Assembly (NCBI GenBank): GCA_038231275.1
Contig: JBBRLQ010000041.1
Coordinates: 1-60,159 of the forward strand
Reading direction: 5' to 3'
DNA length: 60,159 nt
Origin: Polyangiales bacterium
Lineage (GTDB): Bacteria; Myxococcota_A; Polyangia; Polyangiales; Polyangiaceae
This document shows positions 18,253 through 30,049 of the stretch, piece after piece. Every line of letters starts with the position of its first letter. Positions within the stretch are counted from its first letter, which is position 1. The notes under the pieces are model-generated. The model did not search any database. It was given only the letters and a program-made list of their open reading frames with translations, and was not told the origin of the DNA. The position numbers were made by a program, and so were the translations under genes.

Positions 18253-19152
18253 ATGCCCCTGCCCCGCCGCGCGGTCGCTGTCCCCCTCCTCCTCTTGTGC
18301 CTTCTCGCATCGCCCGCGGTCGCCCACGCGGGTTGGCCCGGGGATCACGAGATCGATCGCGAGGATCTCGTCGCGGCGGGCGGGCAGCGCGCCGGCGCGG
18401 GCAATCTTCGCGGGCGCAGCTGGATTTCGCTCGTCGCGTTCGAGCGCACCTTCACGGGCCGGCGGGACGTAGGGCTCATGGCGGTCGTCGGGCTCGCGCT
18501 CGATCGCATCGCAACGGGTCCCGTTCACGCGATCTCCGATCGCCCGCCGACGTTGCCGACGAGCGACGTGACGAAAGAGCGCGCGCCTCCCGCGGTCGCG
18601 CCGATCCAGCTCGATCCCGCCCTCGCACGGGCGACCGTCGCCGCGGCGTGGCGGGCGGTCGGGCTCGGCGTCGACGACGCGAAGATCGACGCGATCGTGA
18701 CGCGCGCCCGCCAGAGCGCTGCGCTGCCGGAGACGCGCCTCCGTGCGATGCGCCTCGTGAACGAGACCGGCCACGTCGACACGACGAGCACCACCAACGA
18801 CGTCCGCACCTACGACGCGGCCGGCGCCAATTTGTGGCTGGAGGCGCGCGTGACGTGGCACTTGGACCGGCTCCTCTACGCCGATGACGAGCCGACGCTC
18901 GAGCGTGTCCGCCTCGAGCGGATCGAGGCGCGCAGCCGCATGGCTGCCAAGATCATGGACGCGCTCTTCCAATGGCAACACGCGTTGGTCGACGTTCGCG
19001 AAGCTCCGCCCGGCACACGCGAAGAGCTCGACGCTCGAATGCGCGTCCTCGAGGCCGAGATCGTCCTCGACGTCCTCACCGCCGGCTGGTTCACCAAGGC
19101 CCGCCGCCCGGGCACCCCCGTCCCGATGCCCGCCCGCGCCTCCCCGACTTGA
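18253..19152 (+). CDS. Hypothetical exported protein
   Basis: Signal peptide ending AVAHA; coding-like codon pattern; helical C-terminus. Confidence 0.65.
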   Translation: MPLPRRAVAVPLLLLCLLASPAVAHAGWPGDHEIDREDLVAAGGQRAGAGNLRGRSWISLVAFERTFTGRRDVGLMAVVGLALDRIATGPVHAISDRPPTLPTSDVTKERAPPAVAPIQLDPALARATVAAAWRAVGLGVDDAKIDAIVTRARQSAALPETRLRAMRLVNETGHVDTTSTTNDVRTYDAAGANLWLEARVTWHLDRLLYADDEPTLERVRLERIEARSRMAAKIMDALFQWQHALVDVREAPPGTREELDARMRVLEAEIVLDVLTAGWFTKARRPGTPVPMPARASPT

Positions 19153-19186
19153 CCGCGCCGGCCGGGGGCGGTACTTCAGACGCCAA

Positions 19187-20327
19187 ATGCTCTCCGAATC
19201 ACGGGAAACGCTGGCCGACCTCCAAAGGCGCCTCACGGTGCTAAGGGGGCATCTTTGACCTCCCGAAGCTGAAAGAGGACATCGACAAGCTCGGCGAGCA
19301 GACGCTCATCCCCGGGTTTTGGGACGACGCGAAGAAGGCGCAAGCGGTCACCCGCAAGCGCTCGACCATCGAGCAGACGGTCACCGTCTTCGAGAAGCTG
19401 TGGCGCGACACCGACGACGCCAAGGTGCTCCTCGAGCTCGGCGCCGAAGGGGGCGACGAGGCGACGGTCAACGAGGCCGAGGCGCTCATCCCGGCCCTCG
19501 AAGCCCGCGTCCGACAGGCCGAGCTCGGTCGCATGCTGAGCGGTCAGGTCGATCACGCCAACGCCATCGTCAGCATCCACCCCGGCACCGGCGGCACCGA
19601 CGCCAAGGACTGGGCGGCGATGCTCCAGCGGATGTACCTCCGCTGGGCCGAGAAGCACGGCTACAAGACCGAGATCATCGACTTTCAAGAGGGCGACGAG
19701 GCCGGCATCGACGGCGTCTCGTTCACCGTCGCGGGCGATCACGCGTTCGGGTACCTGCGGAGCGAGAACGGCGTTCATCGCCTCGTCCGCATCTCCCCGT
19801 TCGACGCGAACGCGCGACGCCAAACTGCGTTCGCGGCCGTCGAGATCACCGCCGACATCGACGACGAGATCGACATCGTCGTCAAAGACGAGGACCTCGA
19901 GACCACGACGATGCGCGCCGGCGGCAAGGGCGGCCAGAACGTCAACAAGGTCGAGACCGCGGTGCGCATGCGCCACATCCCCAGCGGCATCATGGTCGTG
20001 TGCCGCGCCGAGCGCTCGCAGCTCCAGAACCGGCGCATGGCGCTGAAGATGGTGAAGGCAAAGCTCTACGAGCAGGAGATCCTGAAGCGCGAGGAGCAGG
20101 CCGCGCAGTACCAGGCCGGTAAGAGTCAGATCGCCTGGGGCAGCCAGATCCGCAGCTACGTCCTCGCGCCGTATCGGCTCGTGAAGGATGTGCGGACGTC
20201 GCACGAGACGGGAAACGTCGACGCGGTGCTCGACGGCGAGCTCGACCCGTTCATCGAGGCGTACCTGCTCGCGGCGTCCGGCGGGACGCTCAAGAAGGGC
20301 GGCGTCACCGAAGAGGCGGACGCGTGA
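19187..20327 (+). CDS. prfB: Peptide chain release factor 2, expressed through a +1 programmed frameshift
   Basis: ORF1 [23 protein letters not shown] (19187-19258); +1 frame [19 protein letters not shown] and [10 protein letters not shown] motifs. Confidence 0.96.
19244..19259 (+). other. prfB +1 frameshift cassette
   Basis: Internal SD AGGGGG (19244-49), CAT, slippery CTT TGA C (19253-59). Confidence 0.95.
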
Positions 20328-20896
20328 TGGCTCGCCTCGCATCGATCGTGAGGGTCGCGCTTCTCGCCATTGGCGTCGCGTCGTGCGGCGGGGGCGGCGC
20401 GGATCGGCCGATCGTGACGAAGCCTCCGCCTGCGACGCCGATCGACAAGACGGTCGCGGCGGGGTGGGTGGCGATCGACGAGCCGGAGTTTTTTGCGCGC
20501 ATTCCCAGCGGCTTCGAGCGCCGCGACACGGTCTCCGAAGGCGGGCCTGCGGTGCAGTGGGTCGCCACCCGGGATGGCGTCACGTTCACCGTCGCGTGGC
20601 GCACCATCGGCGCGAGCGGGCAAGCCGACCCCGAGCGCGCATTCGACGCCGCCGCGACCTCGTTCTTCCGCTCCTGCCGCGGCGCGCGCGTGCGCATGGA
20701 GCACGCCGACACCCTCGAGCACAAGACCGTCACGGTGGACGGCAGCTGCACCGGCAGCAAGCCCGCGATGGGCCAGATCCACGTCCGCGGCGGGAGCCTG
20801 TTCGAGCTCTACATCGTCGTCGACAACGCCTCCCAGCAGGCCGAGACCGAGGAGCTCCGCGGCTTCTTTCGCGCGTTCCGCGTCAAATCGCAGTAA
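20327..20896 (+). CDS. Hypothetical lipoprotein
   Basis: Lipobox VASC; start overlaps prfB stop (GTGATG; GTG 20324 is an alternative). Confidence 0.75.
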   Translation: MARLASIVRVALLAIGVASCGGGGADRPIVTKPPPATPIDKTVAAGWVAIDEPEFFARIPSGFERRDTVSEGGPAVQWVATRDGVTFTVAWRTIGASGQADPERAFDAAATSFFRSCRGARVRMEHADTLEHKTVTVDGSCTGSKPAMGQIHVRGGSLFELYIVVDNASQQAETEELRGFFRAFRVKSQ

Positions 20897-20908
20897 AAGA
20901 GGCGTGCC

Positions 20909-22587
<1,679 letters not shown>

Positions 22588-22588
<1 letters not shown>

Positions 22589-24285
22589 TGCTGACGCGAA
22601 CCCAGCTGAGCATCGTCTTCGGGATCCTCGCGGTCGGATGCGTGCTGCTCGCTTGGCGGGCGGTGGTCGACGCACGGCATGGGCGCCGCGCGCGCACGAT
22701 CCTGCAGACACTCGGCGCGGTGCTCGGCCTCGGCGTCGGCGCAGACGTGTACCTTCGCTACTACGCGGCGGCGGCTGCGACGACGACGAAGCACGCCACC
22801 GTCGCCGGCCACACGTTCTCCAACAAGGAGACGATCCTGAGCGCGGTTCTCCTCGGCGGATCGACGCTCTTCGTGGTGTCGGTGATGTTCGCCGCGCTGC
22901 CGCTCGTCATGGATCGCATGGAGGGGCGCACGTTCGTCTCCTTCGTCGCGACGCGTCACGTTCGCAGCCAAAAAAGCGGCTTTTTGACGGTGATCAGCGT
23001 CCTGTCGATCTGCGGCGTTGCCATCAGCTCGTGCGCGCTTTCCTCGGTCGTCAGCGTCATGGGCGGCTTCAGCCAGGACTTGAAGCGGAAGATCCTCGGC
23101 AACAACGCCCACATCGTCATCGACACGACCAGCCAGACCGGCTGGGCGGACTCCGAGGGAGTCTTGGCGCGCGTGCGTGCGTTGCCGGGTGTCTCGGGCG
23201 CCACGCCGGTCGTCCACGGCGAGGTCATGATTTCGAGCCCATCCAACCTCGCAGGCGTCATCGTCCGCGGCATCGACACGCGCAGCATCCGCAGCGTCAT
23301 CGATCTCGGGAACAACATCGACGTCGGATCGTTCGAGTACTTGAGCGATCCGGAGAAGCTCCGTCACTTGCCGGCCGACGAGGTCATCGGCATCGGCCCC
23401 GGCGGCGAGCGCTACATGAAGGGCGCCGATCTGCCGAGCCTGCCCGACGACATCGATCCCCTCGTGCGCGACGCGATCAGCCTGGCGCCGCTGCGGCCCG
23501 GCATCATCATCGGCCGCGAGCTCGCCAAGACGCTCCACGTCTACGTCGGCGACGAGGTCACGCTCGTCTCGCCCCTCGGCGATCTCGGCCCGATGGGCGT
23601 CATGCCACGCACCAAGAAATTCCGCATCGCCGCGATCTTCTACAGCGGCATGTACGAGTACGACGCGAGCCACGTGTACACGACGCTCGAAAACGCGCAG
23701 CAGTACTTCGCGAGCGAGGGGAAGGTCAGCTCGGTCGACGTCAAGGTCGAGGACGCCGAGCGCGCGGAGCTCATGACGCCGGTGGTCCAGGCCGCCGTCG
23801 GCCGCGAGGATCTGCGCGTCCGCGACTGGCGCGAGATGAACAAGAACCTCTTCAGCGCCCTCAAGCTCGAACGGTTCGCGACCTTCATCATCCTGTCCAT
23901 CGCCATCATGGTCGCGAGCTTCTGCATCATCTGCACGCTCCTCTTGATGGTGACCGAGAAGGGGCAGGAAATAGCCATTTTGAAGGCGCTCGGCGCCAGC
24001 GATGGGGACGTGCGAAAGACGTTCATGACCGAAGGCGTCATCATCGGCGCGATCGGCACGGTGTTCGGCGTAGGGACCGGCCTGGCCTTGTGCACCGGCC
24101 TCGCGTGGTTCGGGCTGCGCCTCGATCCAGATGTCTATTACATCGATCGGCTCCCCATTTCGGTGAGCGGGCTCGACTTCGTCGGCGTCGCGATCGCCGC
24201 CCTCACGATCTGCACGCTCTCCACCATCTATCCTGCTCACGCCGCGTCCAAGCTCCGTCCCGTCGACGGCCTGCGGTTCGGATGA
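22588..24285 (+). CDS. lolE: Lipoprotein-releasing ABC transporter permease LolC/E
   Basis: FLTVISVLSICGVAI..SVMGGF, DWREMNKNLFSALKLE, EIAILKALGA, YYIDRLP; N-terminal TM extension. Confidence 0.9.
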
Positions 24286-24301
24286 CGCTCGGATGACGCT
24301 C
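24278..24301 (+). repeat. 11-bp tandem duplication covering the lolE stop
   Basis: TCGGATGACGC twice, then TC. Confidence 0.7.
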
Positions 24302-24336
24302 AACCCCCGCTTGATCTTCTGCTACGAGGAGGCCCC

Positions 24337-25083
<747 letters not shown>

Positions 25084-25137
25084 GGAGCACACAGATACGC
25101 ACCTCGCGGTGAGCGACGAGGCGAGTAGACTGAGGGG

Positions 25138-26409
25138 ATGGGGTCGCTCTCGGACGCTGCCGCGCGGCGCATTCGGCTCGTCGTCGCGTTCCTCGCGGCG
25201 TACGGCGCCTGGGCGCTCAACGAGGGCAGGTGGAGTCCTCTTCAAGAGCGCCTTTTCGGCCTCTTGCCGCACGGCCTCTACGGTCCGATCCACTTCGCGT
25301 ACACGGCGACGCTCTTCGGCGCGACGCTCATCACGATCCTCGCCGTCGTAGGACGGGCGCTGGGGGCGCGCCGCGGCTCCTGGGCGCTCGCGGCGCGGGC
25401 CATGCCGACGCTCGTGAACAAGGTCCTCCACTGGGTCCCTGGTGGGATCTGGTTCTTGTTCGCCGGCGTCTGGGCGGTACGGCGCGCGCTCCCTTCTCTT
25501 CTCACGGGGCATTCTCAGGCGTGGGCTTATTGGTCGGAGATCGGCGTCGCCCTCGGCGCGCTCGGCATGACGGCGCTGACGCGCTTCGCGATTCAACGCG
25601 CCGTGTCGGCGGTCCACGAGGAGCTGCCCACCGCCGAGCCCGTCGATCCTGCGGAGACCGTATTTTCTGCGGTCGCCGTGACCTGGACGACGCGCGCCGC
25701 GGTGGGTGCGCTTGCCGTGCTGCCGATCGCCTTCGTGACGGCGATGCTCCAGGTGAACATCCAGCAGACGGGTCTGGGGCTCGCCGTCGCGGCCTACGTC
25801 GCGACCGCGTTCGGATCGATCGCGCTCCTCCGCCGCGTCTCGCGGATCAAGGTCGGCATCGACGGCGTCTACGTGATGGGCTCGGGTCCCGCGACGTTCA
25901 CCGCGTGGTCGAACCTCGACGAGGTCCGCGCGGAGGGCGTCGACATCGTCCTCCGCCGCCGCGGCCGCGTGATCCTTCGCCTCCAGCTCCACGGCGCCGA
26001 CGCCGCGCGCAGCGACGCGCTCGTGGTCCGCTTCGCCGACGCCATGGCCGCCGCCGCGAGCGCACGCACCGACGCCTCGCACGTCCACGCCGCCCACGCC
26101 GCGAGCGCCGCCGCGCACGGGAGCGATCGCTTCCTCGCCTCCGTCCACGGCGCGGGCGACTACCGCAAAGCCGCCGTCAACCGCGAGCAGCTTTGGGAGG
26201 TCGTCGAAGGCCCCGCCGCCGATCCCTCGGCCCGCGTCCTCGCCGCCGAAGCCCTCGCCGACACGCTGAACGCCGACGATCGCGCCCGCCTCCGCGTCGC
26301 CGCCGAGCACTGCGCGGAGCCAAGGGTCCGCGTCGCGCTCGAAGAGCTCCTCGACGACGAGGAATCGGAGCGCGAGCCCGCCACCGAGCCCGCGCGGCAT
26401 CACTTGTAG
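25138..26409 (+). CDS. Hypothetical multi-pass membrane protein
   Basis: About six hydrophobic segments followed by a soluble helical C-terminal domain. Confidence 0.7.
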   Translation: MGSLSDAAARRIRLVVAFLAAYGAWALNEGRWSPLQERLFGLLPHGLYGPIHFAYTATLFGATLITILAVVGRALGARRGSWALAARAMPTLVNKVLHWVPGGIWFLFAGVWAVRRALPSLLTGHSQAWAYWSEIGVALGALGMTALTRFAIQRAVSAVHEELPTAEPVDPAETVFSAVAVTWTTRAAVGALAVLPIAFVTAMLQVNIQQTGLGLAVAAYVATAFGSIALLRRVSRIKVGIDGVYVMGSGPATFTAWSNLDEVRAEGVDIVLRRRGRVILRLQLHGADAARSDALVVRFADAMAAAASARTDASHVHAAHAASAAAHGSDRFLASVHGAGDYRKAAVNREQLWEVVEGPAADPSARVLAAEALADTLNADDRARLRVAAEHCAEPRVRVALEELLDDEESEREPATEPARHHL

Positions 26410-26418
26410 ACTGCACGA

Positions 26419-26447
26419 TTCGGAGGCGGCGAGGATCCGCCTCCGAA
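26419..26447. terminator. 11-bp-stem hairpin between convergent genes
   Basis: TTCGGAGGCGG-cgaggat-CCGCCTCCGAA; no clear U-tract. Confidence 0.55.
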
Positions 26448-26448
26448 C

Positions 26449-26502
26449 GCCGACGCCGAGACCGACTCCGAGACCGATTCCGCCTCCGACGCCGACTCCG
26501 GA
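26449..26502. repeat. Intergenic degenerate hexamer array (nCCGAn)x9
   Basis: GCCGAC GCCGAG ACCGAC TCCGAG ACCGAT TCCGCC TCCGAC GCCGAC TCCGGA. Confidence 0.65.
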
Positions 26503-26509
26503 GACCGCC

Positions 26510-26923
26510 TTACTTCGACGGCGGCGAGCCCGGGAGACAGAACCCCGTCATCGCGTTGCACTGCGCGCCCTGAATGCAGTCGTTCTGCGTCTGGCAGGGG
26601 AACGCGCACTTTCCGTATTGCGTGTTGCAGTGCGCGAGGCCGCAGCCTGAGTCGTTCTGGCACGGGAGCGCCATCGCGTTCGGCGTCGCGAGGCCGCCGC
26701 CCGCAGGAGCAGGGCCGGGGGCGGGCGCCGTCATCGTCGGCGCAGGGGCCGCGCCGGTCGGCTGCGGCTGCGGATACTGCGTCCCGTACGGCTGCGGCTG
26801 CCCGCTGTTGACCATCGTCCCGGGCGGCTGTCCGGTCGTCGGCTGCGGGGTCTCGTCCTTCTTGGCACACGCCGCGATCACGATGGCGAAGGTCGCGAAG
26901 GTAACGATGGTCTTGCGGTTCAT
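26510..26923 (-). CDS. Small Pro-rich, Cys-rich lipoprotein
   Basis: GAGGA SD; lipobox IAAC; P/Q linker; eight-Cys domain CQNDSGCGLAHC..CAFPC..C..C..C. Confidence 0.8.
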   Translation of the reverse strand: MNRKTIVTFATFAIVIAACAKKDETPQPTTGQPPGTMVNSGQPQPYGTQYPQPQPTGAAPAPTMTAPAPGPAPAGGGLATPNAMALPCQNDSGCGLAHCNTQYGKCAFPCQTQNDCIQGAQCNAMTGFCLPGSPPSK

Positions 26924-26998
26924 GATGGTCCTCGTAGGGGAAGGTACGTCCGGCGAGCAAGGTAGCGCGTTTCGCGCCGCCGCTCCCTTCATCTTAGC

Positions 26999-27922
26999 TT
27001 ACCAGCGCGCGATGACGGTGCTCGGGGTGATGTGCGCCTCGCACTTATCGACGCTCACCTCGACCTGAAGCGTGACGCTGCCCGTCGCTTCGTGCGACTT
27101 CACCTCGACGCGCGGGACCACCTGCTCGGGGCGCAGCGCGCGCAGCACCTCGGGGGGGCACACGAGGCGCACGTCCACCTCGGCGGGCTGCGTCTTGCCC
27201 TTCGGCGGCCCTACGACGGCGACGGCGAGCTTGGTGAACGGACGCTCGACGATCTCGCGCGTGATCTCCAGCGCGACCTTCACGCTCGGCACGTCGTACG
27301 AGAGCTGCGCCTGCGGCTTGTCGATCGCGAGCGGCTTCGAGACGATGCCCTCGCCGAGGCCGTTCACGTCGAACGCCTCCGCGCGCGCGAACTGCAGCGT
27401 CATCACCGCAGTCTTCGGCCCCTTCACGCGCACGTCGTGCGGCTCCGGCTTCGGCGCGCCCTTCACGACGTAGCCGGGCGCCGGCGTCCCGACGACCGAC
27501 ACCTGGATCGGCACGTCGCGCTCGACGCGATCCTCCCACACGAGATCGATCGCCGGCGGATCGACCTGCTCGACGTGAACGCCCGGCGGCAGTCGGATCG
27601 ACGCCGGATCGATCGGCACGCGCTTCTCGCTGCCGGTGCGCGCGTCGATCTGGATCGCGCCGATGTCGCGCGCGTGGAGCTCTTCGATCGCCGCGCGCGG
27701 ACCGCGCACCGTGAGCTTCACCGATTCCTTGCTCTTGTCGACGAGGATGCGGTTCGCAGTCTCCGGTGGGAGGAGCACGTCGAGGTCGACCGTCACGCTC
27801 GTCTGCGCGTCTTGGCCGCCGTGGACCATGGAGTAGAGGACGAGCGCAAACCCGAAGCTGAGGAGCTTCAGGTTCATGTTCTCGGTAAGCGCGGCGCGGA
27901 GCCGCTCGGAGAGCGTCGCCAT
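26999..27922 (-). CDS. cdaR: CdaR/YbbR-like protein
   Basis: ENMNLKLLSFGFALVLY anchor, repeated V.V.GP YbbR units, G.PAPGY; directly follows cdaA. Confidence 0.88.
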   Translation of the reverse strand: MATLSERLRAALTENMNLKLLSFGFALVLYSMVHGGQDAQTSVTVDLDVLLPPETANRILVDKSKESVKLTVRGPRAAIEELHARDIGAIQIDARTGSEKRVPIDPASIRLPPGVHVEQVDPPAIDLVWEDRVERDVPIQVSVVGTPAPGYVVKGAPKPEPHDVRVKGPKTAVMTLQFARAEAFDVNGLGEGIVSKPLAIDKPQAQLSYDVPSVKVALEITREIVERPFTKLAVAVVGPPKGKTQPAEVDVRLVCPPEVLRALRPEQVVPRVEVKSHEATGSVTLQVEVSVDKCEAHITPSTVIARW

Positions 27923-27931
27923 CGGGTCCTC

Positions 27932-29059
27932 TCAGTCCTCTCGCTCGCTCGACGGCGGGCGCGACAGCGGCATCGGCTTCGGCGTCTCGATCGGCGGCGA
28001 CGGCGTCATCGGGCGAGGCATCGGGGTGCGAACGCTCACGGGCGCGTCTGCTTTCTCGGCCTTGTCGCTCTTTTCGGCCTTCTCCGCCCTGTCGACCTTG
28101 TCCTCGCTCTTGTCGGCCCGGTCCCTCATTTCGATCGGGACGATGTTGAACGAGCCGGTGGTGGACCCCGCGCCCGGCGGGAGTGAGATGCGGAACGACC
28201 CCGTTTGGTGCAGCTTGTCGCCCTTCTTGGCGCCGGCGGCCGCGCCTGCGACGGCCCCCTTCTTCTTGCGCGTGCGCTGGCCGAAGAGGCCGAGGAGCGC
28301 TTGGCGGAGCGACGCGCCGTCGAGGTTCGAGATGATGTTGCCGTTGAAGCAGAAGCTGATGGTCCCGCGCTCCTCGCTCACGACGACGACGACCGCGTCG
28401 GTCTCCTCCGTGATGCCGAGCGCCGCGCGGTGACGGGAGCCGAGCGACTTGTCGAGGACCTTGGTGTCGGGCATCGGGAAGAAGACGCCCGCTTTGGCGA
28501 CGCGCAGGTGTCGGATGACGACGGCGCCGTCGTGCAGCTTGTTGAGGCTCTCGGGGACGAACAAGCTGACGAGCAGCTCGCGCTGGACGCTGGCGTCGAG
28601 CGGTGTGCCCTGTCCGACCACGAACTCGTCGAGGTTGGCGTCCTGCTCGAAGCAGATGAGCGCGCCGATACGGTGACGCGCGAGCTCGGTGGCGGCGGCG
28701 ACGACCTCGTCGATGACGCGCGACTCCTGCTGGCGGCTCATTCCGCCCAAGAACGCGCGCGAGCCGACCCGCATGAGGCCGCGGCGAATGTCGTTCTGGA
28801 AGACGACCACGACGATGAGGATGATCGACGAGAGCAGCGTCGACAGGAGGTTGAAGAGGGTGACGAAGCCCGCCCACTTGCTGATCACGTACACGAGGAA
28901 GATGACGCCGAGGCCGGTGCCCATCTGCATCGCGCGCGTGCCGCGGAGGACGAGGAGCGCGCGGTAGACCACGTACGTCACGATCAGGAGATCGGCCACG
29001 TCGACGGCCACCTCGGAGAAGTGGCGGCGCGCGAAGAGGTGGAGGAGGCCCTCGAGCAT
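27932..29059 (-). CDS. cdaA: Diadenylate cyclase CdaA/DacA
   Basis: Three N-terminal TMs (GTRAMQM..VVVFQNDIRRGL); catalytic LHDGA and GSRHRAALG; VVSEERG. Confidence 0.95.
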   Translation of the reverse strand: MLEGLLHLFARRHFSEVAVDVADLLIVTYVVYRALLVLRGTRAMQMGTGLGVIFLVYVISKWAGFVTLFNLLSTLLSSIILIVVVVFQNDIRRGLMRVGSRAFLGGMSRQQESRVIDEVVAAATELARHRIGALICFEQDANLDEFVVGQGTPLDASVQRELLVSLFVPESLNKLHDGAVVIRHLRVAKAGVFFPMPDTKVLDKSLGSRHRAALGITEETDAVVVVVSEERGTISFCFNGNIISNLDGASLRQALLGLFGQRTRKKKGAVAGAAAGAKKGDKLHQTGSFRISLPPGAGSTTGSFNIVPIEMRDRADKSEDKVDRAEKAEKSDKAEKADAPVSVRTPMPRPMTPSPPIETPKPMPLSRPPSSERED

Positions 29060-29928
29060 CAGCCGCCCCCTCCCAGCACGCGCGACGCGTCCAAGAGCTG
29101 ACGGGTCTCGGCCACGTCGTGCACGCGGAGGACGCGCGCGCCGGCGTTGGCCGCGAAGAGGGCGGCGGCGAGCGACGCGCCGAGTCGCTCGCCGGGCGCG
29201 GCCTCTCCACCGAGCGCGCTCAGGAACGACTTGCGGCTCGCGCCTACCAAGACCGGCACGTTCACGGCGGCCACGATCTCGGCCGTGCGACGAAGCAGCT
29301 CCGCGCTCTGGCGCGCGTTCTTCTGGAAGCCGAGCCCCGGATCCATGAGGAGCGCGCCGTCCGCGACGCCGGCAGCGCGCGCGCGAGCGGCGGCGCGTGA
29401 CCACTCGTCGATCACGTCGCGCACGACGTCGCCGTACCCTTCGTCGGGGTACTCGCTGAAGCCGCGCATCTTTTCCATCGGGCCGCGCGCGTGCATCAGC
29501 GTGAGCGCCGCGCCGCTTCCCGCGACGACCTTGGCCAGCTCGGCGTCCGCCAGGAGCGAGACGTCGTTCACCATGCACGCGCCGGCGTCGAGGCACGCGG
29601 CGGCGACCTCGGGGCTCGTCGTGTCGATCGACACGCACGCGCGCGCGCTCGCGTAGTGGACGACCTCGAGCACCCGAGCGAGCTGCTCTTTTGCGGGGAC
29701 CGGCGCGGCGCCCGGACGCGTGGACTCGGCGCCGATGTCGACCAGATCCGCGCCGTCTCGGACGAGCGCATCCACGCGCGCCTTCGCCGCAGACAGCTCG
29801 AGGAACTGGCCGCCGTCACTGAACGAATCGGGCGTCACGTTGCAGATCCCCATCAGCGCGACGCCGCGGCGCGACCTCGCCTCTTCGAGAACCCGACTGA
29901 CCGTGTCCGCTCGTCTCGTTTGCCTCAC
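29059..29928 (-). CDS. folP: Dihydropteroate synthase (start uncertain: GTG 29928 or ATG 29853)
   Basis: MGICNVTPDSFSDGG, DIGAESTRPGA, DPGLGFQK, GASRKSF, RVHDV. Confidence 0.95.
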   Translation of the reverse strand: MRQTRRADTVSRVLEEARSRRGVALMGICNVTPDSFSDGGQFLELSAAKARVDALVRDGADLVDIGAESTRPGAAPVPAKEQLARVLEVVHYASARACVSIDTTSPEVAAACLDAGACMVNDVSLLADAELAKVVAGSGAALTLMHARGPMEKMRGFSEYPDEGYGDVVRDVIDEWSRAAARARAAGVADGALLMDPGLGFQKNARQSAELLRRTAEIVAAVNVPVLVGASRKSFLSALGGEAAPGERLGASLAAALFAANAGARVLRVHDVAETRQLLDASRVLGGGG

Positions 29929-29964
29929 ATCCGCCCCTACATCTCCAGGCACACGTACCCTCTC

Positions 29965-30027
29965 ATTGCCTAGCAATTGCCGCGCCGTCCGGCAACCTTT
30001 GCCATGTTGCTCTGGCACGGACCCCGC
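29965..30027. promoter_or_regulatory. Divergent promoter region with multiple TTGCC/GGCAA half-sites and a weak sigma54-like element
   Basis: ATTGC-cta-GCAAT 29965-77; TTGCCG-N7-CGGCAA 29977-95; TTGCCA 29999; TGGCACG-GACC-CCGC 30013-27. Confidence 0.4.
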
Positions 30028-30049
30028 GATAGGGCTTAACCGGAGCCGA

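Noticed and set aside
19425..20327. 300-aa ORF as complete RF2, or prfB as a pseudogene
   Set aside because: The canonical frameshift cassette and upstream 23-codon ORF give an intact gene
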